DNA of 64,000 nt from Laetmonice hystrix (Eukaryota): contig OZ249444.1 of assembly GCA_965235115.1 (NCBI GenBank), positions 15,190,001 to 15,254,000 on the forward strand, written 5' to 3'. The notes under the pieces are model-generated. The model was not told the DNA's origin and ran no database searches. It saw nothing but the letters and a program-made list of their open reading frames with translations. Shown piece after piece: positions 22,543 to 35,047 of this stretch (within the stretch, counting starts at the first letter, position 1; each line of letters starts with the position of its first letter). The translations under genes were made by a program, and so were the position numbers.

Positions 22543-25500
22543 ATGCGGCTACGAGGGTTATCCTTGGATTCATGGCAGCTGTGTATATTTGTATATATCC
22601 TAATTATTCTGTATGAAGGTATGTATCGTCCTACTCTTTTCTACTTCCCTGTTCGTGAGACCGTATATTCGACGTTTGACGTGCGGGGGAAATAAACATA
22701 CGAGCTGCTATACTAGATAACACAGTATGACACAATATGACGTGGAAAACATTTGTTTGAAACATATTTAACCCTTCCGGTTATTTCTGTAAAACAATAC
22801 GGAAATCAAATCATCATGTTGCTCTGGTAATCAGTTCCCTCCAGAATTAGGTCACTCAGATATGTGACCTACAGTGTCTGATCCACCGAAACCTGCCAGT
22901 ATACGTCGGCCCAGTTAGGCCTACAGTTGGTTCAAGGAACCAACCAGGATGTCTAACTAAGATCGTATTTTAAGTTGTTGCGTAAATGGCAGAGGCGGGT
23001 TCAGGATTTTGGAAGGGGGGGGGGCGTGGGGTAGTGGTGAACTAGCAGGGTCTCTACGCGGAGTCTGCGTGAATCATGAACCAGCCCGGGAATGGAGTGG
23101 GAGGGATACAGTGTTAGTGGCATATTTAAATATATCCCATTCACAGTGGGAGTAAACCTGTATATATAGGCCTACATGCTAAAATCCTATTGTATCTAGC
23201 CTCCTAATTGTCTAATATTTGTACAGTTATTGTAGGTGATAATAATTTTTCCTTGGAGGGGGTGGGGGGGGGGGGGCATGGAATGTGCCACTAGTGGTCC
23301 TAGGGCCATTTTCTCCCATAAATTTAAATTCTATCAAGTCAGCTATAGCGAGTGCTACAGTTCCCAAAGCCACCCCGCCCCCCTCCGGGGCACGCAGTTA
23401 AGGTGTTGGCGGGAGTGGAAAGAGGTGTTGGCAATCGATTATTTCGATTATGACGTAAACATTGATGATAACATACATATATGTAATATGTCAGCCATTC
23501 AGATATTTTCAAAATGGAAGGTAAGATCTTTCACCTTGAGATCTGCTCGAATTATATCCAATTGAAAGTGATTTAAGACGTCATAATTCCGTGACATGAC
23601 GTCCCATGACGTCCTTCTTCATATAGAAATCTAGCCATAGTATTGTCTATCTTCTGTCAAAGTTTTGTCTAGATATATTGAAAGATGACTGAGGAACAAC
23701 CTAAAGTAGGTCATTTTGGTGTTTGATCCCTTTATACTCAAGGTCAAAGGTTTACAGTTAAAGGTGAAAGTTCAATAAATATTATTTGCGTGTTACACGA
23801 ATTCGTACGATCTCAGAATCCCATTTTCCGTGTCAGGGGAAATGAGATGCATAGGCCTAATTACCAGACCATGGTTGGAACAGGTCCAGCTGATTAGGAG
23901 ACAAAAATTTAAAGGTGAAAGGAACTGTTTTTAAAAATGTAGGGGCCTAAGGATCCCCCTTTGCAAGGTTATTAAATTACTGTTCTTCGTCACCGTTGGC
24001 CGTCGTCAGTTCCCGATGCAGCCAGCCAAGCTTATCTCATCGTGACAGACACCTTGAGGAACGGCGTGTTCCGAATGGACATCAGCGGGGGTAACCAAGT
24101 GCAGTTTCCGGTTCCGTCTCTAAAGAACCCGATTGGCGTCGGCGTGAACCCCGAGGACAGCAGCGTCTTCGTCACAGAACGAGGCACGTCGGCAGCCAAC
24201 AGCGAGAAATTTATCCTCAAGTACAGCGCCAACGTGGGTAGCCCACGCAGACTGATACTAGATAGAAGTAAGTGCAACTCAGTAGTAGGCCTGTGTAAGC
24301 CCCGACTTACGAGTTGTAGTTGTAAACGAACCGTGACATACAAAAAAAGAGTGTCTTTGTATGATAGAGGCCTTGATTCCGTTACTTCCCACATTCCCGC
24401 TGACAGTCTTCGTGGTGTTGCCACTATTAAACCTGTCTCCCCCGACAGTCTCCGTACTCGATGGTGTTGTCACTATTAAACCTGTCTCCCCCGAAAGTCT
24501 CCGTACCCGATGGTGTTGGCCACTATTAAACCTCTCTCCCCCGACATTCTCCGTACCCGATGGTGTTGCCACTATTAAACCTGTCTCCCCCGAAAGTCTC
24601 CGTACCCGATGGTGTTGGTCACTATTAATCCTGTCTCCCCCGACAGTCTCCGTACCCGATGGTGTTGGTCACTATTAATCCTGTCTCCCCTTGACAGTCT
24701 CCGTACCCGATGGTGTTGGTCACTATTAAACCTGTCTCTCCCTGACAGTCTCCGTACCCGATGGTGTTGCCACTATTAAACCTGTCTCTCCCTGACAGTC
24801 TCCGTACCCGATGATCTTGCCACTATTAACCCTGTCTCTCCCTGACAGTCTCCGTACCCGATGGTCTAGCCACTATTAACCCTGTCTCTCCCTGACAGTC
24901 TCCGTACCCGATGGTGTTGCCACTATAATTAACCCTGTCTCTCCCTGACAGTCTCCGTACCCGATGGTGTTGCCACTATTAAACCTGTCTCTCCCTGACA
25001 GTCTCCGTACCCGATGGTCTTGCCACTATTAAACCTGTCTCTCCCTGACAGTCTCCGTACCCGATGGTCTAGCCACTATTAACCCTGTCTCTCCCTGACA
25101 GTCTCCGTACCCGATGGTGTTGCCACTATAATTAACCCTGTCTCTCCCTGACAGTCTCCGTACCCGATGGTGTTGCCACTATTAAACCTGTCTCTCCCTG
25201 ACAGTCTCCGTACCCGATGGTCTTGCCACTATTAAACCTGTCTCTCCCTGACAGTCTCCGTACCCGATGGTGTTGCCACTATTAACCCTGTCTCCCCCTG
25301 ACAGTCTCCGTACCCGATGGTGTTGCCACTATTAAACCTGTCTCCCCCTGACAGTCTCCGTACCCGATGGTGTTGGCCACTATTAAACCTGTCTCTCCCT
25401 GACAGTCTCCGTACCCGATGGTCTTGCCGTTGACCCGATTACTCGCCTGGTTTACTACACGGATGCTGGGGAAGATTACATCGCTGTCAGCAACACTGAT

Positions 25501-28500
25501 CTCTCGTGGCATGCCGTGGTACTTCGATTTAATCTCGATCAACCAAGGGGCATTGCCCTCGACTCCACACAGGGGTAAATTCTATTCACCTGCTTCTCTA
25601 TTCCCAGGCCCAGGATACTTGCCCCTGGGCTATGTGCAGAGTTTGCACATTATATTGTTATTTCGTAGTTTACATGTACTTAATTCGAAACAGACGGGCT
25701 TTGAACTTTTTTGGGGTTTGTTTTGTCTTGTTGTTCTGTTGCTACCTTAAAAGAAAAGGAAGGCCCACGTTTGCCATGCCGTCTGAAATATATATGGTTA
25801 CCGTGATATAAAGGACTGTATTCATAGAAATATCAGTGAGAGGAAATAGCTTTGATTGAGGTCTGTGTTATGTCCACATTGACAAATGAAAATAATTGTA
25901 TGATACACGTATTGACAATGTAAAGTATTTGTATCATGTCCACATTGGCAAGTTAGACTGGAGGGATAAAGTTCTGTCTGACCTCGACAATGACATTGTG
26001 ATGACGTTTGTACAGGACGATGTATTGGACAGACTGGGGCACAGGAAACCCGCATATTGGCAAAGCCTACATGGACGGTAGTCAACCGAAACGGATAATT
26101 ACACAAGACCTCGGATTTCCAAACGGTTTAGTACTTGATCCAACCGGTAGGTTTGCGATGACGTCACATGATTTGATCAATGATCATAATACTAGTTGAG
26201 GGTGGATTTCATTGAGAAATTACCATTACAAATTAATGGTCTAATAATTCCATCTAGAGGTGCAGGGGTTAATAATTGTTTTAAATGTAACACCAAATGG
26301 ATCAGTCAAATGGAGCAACTCCTCGGTTGTTACAGAGGATTACATGTTTTGGTGTGACGCAAAAACGTTCGTGATTGAAAGAGCGCGCAAAGACGGCTCG
26401 GCGCGCAAGATACTCTACCGGAGGCCACTGGAGCATTTCTTCGGAATCGTCCTGGACGGAACGTACCTCTACTGGACGTCCTGGAACAAAAGGTGGGTAC
26501 CTATCAAAAAATATATAATTAAAGCATAAGGAGTAGCGTAGTCAGCATTATCTGATCAAACTCCACTTTGCAATACTCCTCATAATCAACAATTTCAGAG
26601 CAATTCAGCGCGGCCGGAAAGACGGCACAGGAACCCCAGAAAATCTTGGCCAGGTCTTTGCCCCTAACTCGACCCGGATGAACGGACTGGCGATTGTCAA
26701 CCCATCAGTGATTCCGACAGGTAAAAATGGCGCCAGAACCTGACAATAAATCACATTACTAATATCGACATCCTTCGGATTAGCAGGAGATTAATGTATT
26801 CATGTATAAGCTGTCAAAAAGTCAATATCATGGTTTCAGAACGTCACTTTATTGTGTGCACCAGCATATTAAATAGAAACCACGCGCATGTGCGCTTCTT
26901 GCCAATCCCTATATGACCACGGTCAGAACAACATGTGTTTCACATGATGACAACAAGAAAGCAGTTGTATGGCAAAGGGGAAATAAATTGTCGATTCTGA
27001 GTCTAGTGGGGTTTGTTCAGATGCTGATTTCTGAAGGAAAGGAAAGATAATTTTGCGCCCTTTGAAAATCAATTTCAATGAAAGACCACATCATCAAAAG
27101 AGCAAAAGAAAATGTTTTTGTTACTTTCTCCAAAATGCCTCTTTAGGTATATGTAAGATAAGTCTGTAAGACTAAGAAGTATAGGTGACAAGGAACCTTT
27201 GGATCTGGTTCAGAGACGAAAGAAAGATCAAGGACTGAACAACTAGTGAATGCATCAGGAAGGTTAAAAAGAACCGCAGGAATAAAAATCAGAGTGAGTA
27301 AATATAGGGGTGACAAATCGTTTTAAGGAATGACGAAAGTTTGTCAAAAGATTTCAAACTTAGTCCACTCTAATGTAGGCGATTGGCCTCAATGTTTTTC
27401 ATTATATCTCATTATACGAGTAGGAAATGAACCGTGAAGATGGATCTTTTTTTTAACTATTTCCTTTCGTATATATTCTGTAACTTGGCTCTGGTTTATG
27501 TGGAATACCGGCAATCTGTAGCATGTCAGAACAGTGTGGAAACCACACCTCAGGTCTTCCTGGTTCTTGAAGGGAACCATGTCGATGAATGTGGAGTTTG
27601 GGCGAGTCTTTAGGACTAAAGACTCCTCCGGATTATCGACAAATAGCCTCAGTCCGAGTCAGTCGTTCTGTGTCGGACGGACTTTATCCTTATCGCAACT
27701 GATGGTAACAGTGGATTTTATCTGTCAGGGAGTAATGCATGCAGCCCTGTGGACCGGGGTGGCTGCCAACAACTTTGTCTGCCCAGAAAATCCAACCGGA
27801 CCTGTGCTTGTACGGACGGGTTTGTCCTCAACTCGGATGGTACAACCTGTGCCAAGAGTAAGTCTCTACCGATCATATACTCTAGCAATCTGTGCCATAT
27901 GGTAGCAAATATTATCTGGATAATGTGGAGATATTCTTGAGAGGACGACCTTGTGTTAGGCACGAAAAAGAGGAGATTGTACTATATGGTATACTGGCAT
28001 CTATTTTACAAAAAGGCTGCAGTATTCGTTTTGGCCAAAAGAAGACATGTTTTTGTCTTTTCATGAAGCCGTGAAGCAGTTTTTCCCCTCATATTTTTGG
28101 TCTGATACAACTGATGCAACGAGACTATGACCGATTGCTGTTTTGAAAATAAAGAAGTCTTGAAAAGAACGAAACTAATGTCCACCTGGACATTCAGACC
28201 TGAAACAGGTCATGGAGGGCGTTCCCCCCCATTGCCCCAAGATAGGGTTCTCCTACTCAAGACACATTTTTTTTTAAATTTCGTTTATTTACCCTGAAAA
28301 AGGTTTTCGGTACATAGGTGGCACCGGTTTTCAAAACCGTCCAGTTCGACAATGTTTGCGATGGGAACGTTTGTCAGTGACTTTCCCCCAGGTTATTTGT
28401 TTTCCCCGGATACTCAAGCCGAACACATATTTATGATCCTGGCTATAATATATGATACTTACCAATGAACTCCTATATCCCGTATAGTGGAGTTTAAGCG

Positions 28501-31500
28501 GAGCCTGATTCTGGTGGACCAGGATCGGGACGGAATATTCCGAATGGACCTGGACAAAACCACCTCCATCAGAATCCCAATACGTGGCAGCCGCGAGCCT
28601 CAGGGCATCGCCTACGACCCACAGACCAACAACATTTTCTGGACAGACGCGGCGCTCAAAGTTGTAGCAACAGGAACGCTGGACGGAGCTCGTGCGTCTG
28701 TCCTGAAACGCTTTACTAATCCAGGTTTGTAGGATTTCTGTTTTACAAACGCAGTACCGGGTATTTTCTGAGTCGTTGCTAGAGCCTGACGACTGCACTG
28801 GTCTGTCTTAGATCAGTACGCCGAACGTTGTTCGTCTTATCCTGTCACGCAGCTAAGCAAAACAAAGTTCCAAAATATAATTCGAGCATAACTAATTCAA
28901 AAGGCGTTGAACCGAAGTGAAATACTGTAAATTGCTGTCAGAAAGTAAAAAATGGCTTATTCCTCGAGCAACCGGGGAAAATATTTAGAGACAACTCTTT
29001 GCGACTCTGTGACTGAACTTACGACGATAGTTACTGATTCCTTTTCACACTCCAGAAGCCTTCCCAGAGGGCATAGCGCTTGACCCAATTGCCCGGAAGT
29101 TGTATGTCGTTGACAGCGGACGTGACGTCATTATCCGGCTGGCGACCGACGGCACGGGTGAAGAAGTTCTCATAAGTGGCGATCTTACTCAGCCCAGAGC
29201 GATCGCCCTCGACCTGACTCGTCGGTAAATTATTTCAATTCTATGGACGTTTTCTTAGGGTTGAGGTCATTACCGCACTTTGTCGAAATCCTCTTGGCAA
29301 AAAAAACATGCGCCTTATATGAACCGAGAGTACCATTTTTCTTCTTTAATTTACTCAACTTTCTCGATTTTATTTTCATAATTTACTCTTTGTTTTTGGG
29401 AGGGGCAGGGGAAAAATTAACGATTTGGCTTTTACCTGCTATTGGCCAAAGTAGATTTAAAAATAAGGATTCAGACATTTGCCCACGGCAGGAGGATGTA
29501 TTGGACAGACTGGGGGTCACGCCCAATGATAGCGCGCTCGGGGATGGACGGCAAATCTCGCAAAGTGGTAATTGACAGGGAGATTAAATGGCCCAACGGG
29601 CTCGCCATAGATGTCAAAGGTAACTGAATTAATGAAGTCAAGTCTCACATCACATATAGACACATAATTGGGAGTATTAAATGAATATTTACGTGCACCG
29701 ACCCACTTATGTCGGGGCCTTCATACATGGCTTTGAAAGGTGGCAAACAATTATACAATGTAGGCCTACATAAATTTAAACATTACTGTGGAAGATTTAA
29801 GAATAATGAGGCGTATTGGGAAGTATCACATGCATAGGCGCCAGAAGTGGGGGGGGGGGGGGGCAGGGGGGGCGACCCCCCCCCCCAATAATCTGTGATC
29901 ATAAATGAAAAAAGGCAGGTTTTTCCACATACAGTAGGCCTGTTGAAACCATGACTTGGGTGCGTCAAAGACTGGGTCGATTTACCTACATTGTAATTTA
30001 TTCATTCACGCCTTCAAAACATAAAAAAATACTGCCTCAACAGGGTGTGTAGTTTTTAAAATTTTCTTGGCGAGGGCCTCCGACCCTGCTTTACGAGACA
30101 TGTTGTAGCCTATGACTTTCGCTTCAGCTCTCTTGCCCCCCCCCCCCCCCCCCCCCAATAATAATTTGCTTCCGGCGCCCCTGATCACATCTGTTAAATT
30201 AACGGTAAATTATTCCTCCTTTCTGTTTTCATTACAGCGGCCAGAATCTACTGGACAGATGGTTTCTTACACCGTATCGAGAGCGCAAACCTTGAGGGTG
30301 GAGACAGGCAAATTATCCTGTCCGATTCCTCGACACATTACTTGGGACTGACCAAGGGGCCGGGAAATTTGTACTACTCTGTCAGGAGCGACAAGTGAGA
30401 TTTAAAGAAGCAGATGAAGTTTAGCAACAAACACCAAAACACAACCAAACCGATCGTAGTCATTATCTTAATAAATACGTTGGCGTCATTATATTTGATG
30501 ACAATTAAACTGGAAGAAAAAAGGATTCAAATTATAGTTTTCTGAATTCGGTCCGAACTCTTGGTAAATTCCCAAATTTACGTACTTTTTTCTCAAGATG
30601 TCGACCTACGCACTCGTATAGTTATAAGGGTACCGTTATAACTGGTTTTATAGTTGAAGTTTGGTTTGGTTGATATTTCATGTGACTCTTTCATGCAGAT
30701 CGTTCAGCATGTTCCCGTCCTAAACTCTGCAACATTAAATACAATTCTGGGTTTGTTATAAAATTGCTTGTTCCTTCCTAGAGCGATCTACACGGTTAAC
30801 CTGCAAAGAAAGCAACCTTTGTCTCTCGGGCAATTGGAATTCCGCACCGTTTCTGATCTGATTTTTCTTCCCACGGACAATAACAACATACCAGTTGGTA
30901 GGTGAACCACACCTATAGATCTTACATCCCTACGACAAGTAGGGAGTTAATGAGGGTTGCTCATTATTATCGGTATCTTACGCCATTCTCATGCCCTGGA
31001 AAACGAGGTGGGGGAGGTTCTTATGAACAATTAATAGATCTATATGGCCTATCGTATCGCCGGTCAAAACTGGAGTCACTTAGACATGGCTGAAATCTTT
31101 GTTTGTAGGCCCGCCACAACCCCCTGGTAACGAGGTGACGGTCGGCACATCAGAATCATCAATAGGTAGGTCAACCTTCTTTTGTTCACCTTTGTCACAA
31201 AAACTGTGGCCGCGTTAGACCTAAACATTCGGGGGGGGGGGGGGGGCGGAGCTTTGGTAAACATCTCCATAGCCGTACCATCCCTACTTAAGATTTTTCA
31301 TAGGCCTGTATGTCCCTTTAAGGCCTCGGTCACTATAGGCAAAAGAAAAAACATCCGAATCTACGAGGGTGTTGTGAAATAAAACTACAACCACAATAAT
31401 GAACGTTTTGCTTTGTCATTTGACTGCTAGGTACTACCACACCTGAAGGAGATCAGAGAACGTCACCAGGACAACCTCCAGGTGGGTTGCCTTCTGACGT

Positions 31501-34369
31501 CACGATGACGTCACTGCCCTACTTGTGTTGGCAACTTAAGTTTGTTATAGGACATCTCAGTTTAAGTCATGAGACCTATTATCGCCCATGCGCATAATGA
31601 TAGACTGTCATAACTAATGAATCTTACCAGGGAGCCTAGATACCAGAAGGCGGCGCCACCCGTCCAACATCCACATTCTATTTAAGGCTAAAAGCGTAAA
31701 AGAAGCGTAGAAGAAAATCAATAATCGGAATCATCTCACCAAATTTATCGCAACAACGTTTGTAGCTTTGCGAAATATGGCGGTGAAAGCGATGTAATTT
31801 TACTTTATCTTTTACATGAGAGGTCGGGCTATCTGTATCGTCATTCACAGTGGCCGTCTCATTCGGGATTCCCTCGGGCATATGACGTCATACCTGCATA
31901 TACCCTCGGGTGAAATGGGCGCCATTGGCAACCAGATACATGGCGAAATCGACCTGTGTAGCGAGGCACTTAGTGAACCGTCATATCCCATCGAGCCAGA
32001 AAGTAGTGCATTATTGAAACCTGCTTCTTGGCATCGTATGTGCAAATATATATTTTGTGGTATGAAGGGGAACGTTTAAACTGAAAAATCAATTACCTAA
32101 TTTACCTAAATGGGCTTGATACGGTAATTTATCAAATTATGGGAAGCAATATGCCTGCGCCCATGAACGACAGCACCACGACAGATGGTACGACTACTTG
32201 TATCATGAACATGATACTCTCGTAATATTGCCCACTGACTTTGGGGAAAACACTGGAGGCCTATTTTAGTTGCTTCCATGCCTGATGCAGGCAAAATACT
32301 GCAAGCACTGCCATGCTGGCGAGAGTCCCAGCTAAATGTACCCGCGATGCAATGCTCAAAATGGCGCCTATTTCACCCGAGGCTACTTTCGAAGATATGG
32401 CAGAGGATTCCCGAATGTGGCCGTCTGCTACCACGGCCATCTGTCGGTATAGGTTTCACGACGTGGTAGGAGGGCGACAACTATGCACTGGGGGATCCAG
32501 GGGGGCCCAAGGGGCCCGGGCCCCCCCTTAAATTTTCCTTTTCCCCGCTTTTTTTTAAGAAGATGCATTATTCGGACCCTGAAACACTGGCGGATCCAGG
32601 GGGGTTCAGGGGGTTCGAACCCCCCTAAAATTTTGCAGATACACACATTTTAACTTTAGGGGGTTCTAACAATATAATTTAGAATTTTCTTTTCTTTCAG
32701 TCGCAAGATAAAAACCACCTAATTTTTTTTTGCCTCCCTACGCTCGGCATGATAGCCAAAGTTGCTGTTGGAGTTGAGGAAGCCCTTTTGTCCTTGGTCA
32801 CATTGGTCATTGAATAGCTTATTTTGTGCTCCAAAATGCATTGGATTGCAACAAATTACACCTTGAATTTCAACATTTTCCCGGGGGCATGCCCCCGTAC
32901 CCCCCGAGGAAGGCTTCACGCCTTCGCCACTTACAGACTTCGTGCCTTCGGCGCTCGTACAGTCACGTCGGTGTCACCCCTGAACACGTTGAACCCCTCT
33001 AACGGAAAAAGCTGGATCCGCCCCTGCTGAAACCAGTATTGTAACAAAATTCTTTAAAAAAAGCCTCCTATATTAAACGTGATAGTAACATCGGGCCCAA
33101 AGGGGCCTCCTCAGTCATCCAGGAGCAACATAACTCTGGGCCATTGCGCATTGAAATAGATCAAAAGGGGCCCAAAATGGCTATAAGTGCAATAAAATCA
33201 TGCCGAGCGTAGCGAGGCTAAAAAAAATTTCAGGTGGGCCCCCCCTTATCAAAATCCTGGATCCCCCACTGCCATGGGATGTCGCCTTTTCATAGATATT
33301 TGTGTAAAATAAGATGTGACTCGATCTATCTACTCATGGCCTGAATGGGGTTCTCTTTCTCTTCGCCAGAAAACGCACCTAATCAGACTCTCATCATCGC
33401 CATAGCTGTGACGGTCGGCGGGCTCGTTCTCATAACAATCATCATTGTGGTCGGGATCATCTGGTACAGAACCATGTAAGGCATCAGTCCTGAGCATTTC
33501 AACAAAATCCTGTAAAGGTGCAAGTTGCTTCTGGATTATTACGGCAAACCAACATGGGGCTCCAACATGGCCAGAAAGCTCTACGGGGGGATGGAGTGAT
33601 AACCCCCCGACCCCCTGGCCCCCTGCTCTTTGTATGTGCAAGTATTAATTCAACGATTAATTGACGCTCTAACAGCAAAGGAAACCAGAAACGATTTCTG
33701 TAGAAAGTAAACCCAACTAACCTAATGCCGTGTTTGAAAACCCCCAACTAACCTAATGCCTTGTTTTAAAACCCCCAACTAACGCAATGCCTTGTTTTAA
33801 AACCCCCAACTAACGTAATGCCTTGTTTTAATACCCCCAACTGACCTAATGCCTTCTTTTAAAACCCCCGACTGAACTAATGCCTTGTTTTCTAATGATC
33901 TTGCTGCCTTGCGGTTCCTTGTAAGAAAATCAGTGTGATGTGATTTTCCAGTTCTCGCCGAAACAGGCAGCCGTCGTCGGGAGTTCACGACAACCGCGCG
34001 TATATCCCTGACGTCACACCAGTACAGAAAGGCAGGCCCCTCCCGGAACCGCCTAAAAACTCAATACTCAACATGCGACCCCCTGCCCCTCTACCAAAGG
34101 CCGCCTACTCGTACGCCCAGTCAACCTATCCCGACTTAAGACGAAATGAACCGAGCATTGTGCAACAAGAGACCAAGATGCCGGTGGCCTCGGCTCCCGA
34201 ACTGCCACAGGAACTGTCGGAAGACTCGGAATCTGATTATTGTTCACCCATAGAGGTTACAGAAGATGGTGATTATTCAAATCTTCTGGCCGAGACAAGG
34301 GATTCTGGAGGTGGCTATGCAGGTTTAACGGGATCAGCGACGAAGGATAACAATCGTATACAAACTTAG
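22543..34369 (+). CDS. Type-I membrane receptor 1: signal peptide, YWTD propeller, EGF, YWTD propeller, Ser/Thr/Pro stalk, TM, Pro/Tyr-rich tail; 826 aa; exons 22543-22618, 24010-24267, 25406-25574, 26016-26146, 26336-26492, 26599-26720, 27729-27857, 28488-28724, 29056-29224, 29492-29619, 30238-30394, 30782-30897, 31109-31165, 31431-31481, 33370-33475, 33952-34369
   Basis: Blades FVTE, YYTD, YWTD, FWCD, YWTS; [40 protein letters not shown]; blades FWTD, YVVD, YWTD, YWTD; [27 protein letters not shown]. Sixteen GT-AG exons sum to 2481 nt in frame. Confidence 0.88.
24401..25428 (+). repeat. 50-bp minisatellite, 20 copies, each a copy of the exon-3 splice acceptor plus about 23 nt of exon
   Basis: Unit CCACTATTAAACCTGTCTCTCCCTGACAG|TCTCCGTACCCGATGGTGTTG; the last unit runs directly into coding [20 protein letters not shown]. 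Confidence 0.95.
32486..33271. mobile_element. Two nested MITEs of one GGATCC-TIR family (inner element 32585-33026)
   Basis: Outer CACTGGGGGATCCAG / CTGGATCCCCCACTG; inner CACTGGCGGATCCAG / CTGGATCCGCCCCTG with CTGAAA on both sides. Confidence 0.7.
33710..33892. repeat. 31-bp tandem repeat, about 6 copies, in the last intron of receptor 1
   Basis: Unit AAAACCCCCAACTAACCTAATGCCTTGTTTT. Confidence 0.9.
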
Positions 34370-34654
34370 AGGAGACTATACCATAAGGTTGTGATCGATA
34401 TATGGGTGCTGAGGGAACGCACCCATCCAGTTTCTTTTTACTCAGCTAGGACTCGAAGGTGCCCTTTAAAAGGTTGGGGGGGGGGGGGGTGTTGAACCCC
34501 CTTGATAAAATGGACAAAAATGGGTAAAATTGATAAAATCTTCTTGACAAAATCCTGGCCCCCTATGAGAAGGAAACTCGAAAGTATATAACAAGGCCAG
34601 GCGGACGCAAGTAGAATGTTTATGTTTTAATCATTTGTTTGTTACGTGGAGATA

Positions 34655-35047
34655 CAGGGGCGTAGGAAAAGGGGGGGGGCAGGGGGGCCATGCCCCCCCC
34701 CCACTTTGAAATGAGGGGGGCCAGAGTATCTTTTGGGCCCCCCACTTTTTCCCTCCCCTTGACTTTTGCCATTGGAAGTGTATGGAAGTCTATGGGGGGG
34801 GGGGTATTTTCTCATATTTCAGACCTTATTTTGTGCTCTAAGATGCACCAAATGTCACCAAATTACATTATAAATTTCAAAATTTTTCGGGGGAGGGGCA
34901 TGCCCCGGACCCCCTAGCATATAGCTTCGCGCCTTCGGCGCTCGACCAGTCCCCCCGCCAAACTGTAGGCCTAATCCCCCTCGAAAAGTCCTGCGCGTGG
35001 CCCTGTTGGCCCCCCCCCCCACTTTTAAAGTGCTTCCTACGCCTCTG
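34655..35047. mobile_element. MITE with CAGGGGCGTAGG-type termini and a 5-bp target duplication
   Basis: CAGGGGCGTAGGAA ... TTCCTACGCCTCTG; AGATA on both flanks. Confidence 0.7.

Noticed and set aside
24401-25428. CRISPR-like regular array (also 49606-50001, 1186-1810, 17322-18410)
   Set aside because: Units are head-to-tail with no unique spacers, there are no cas genes, and the context is eukaryotic introns or intergenic DNA.
31631-31711. Candidate extra stalk exon in receptor 1 after a good acceptor at 31630
   Set aside because: No convincing GT donor before an in-frame stop; the flanking exons already join in phase.
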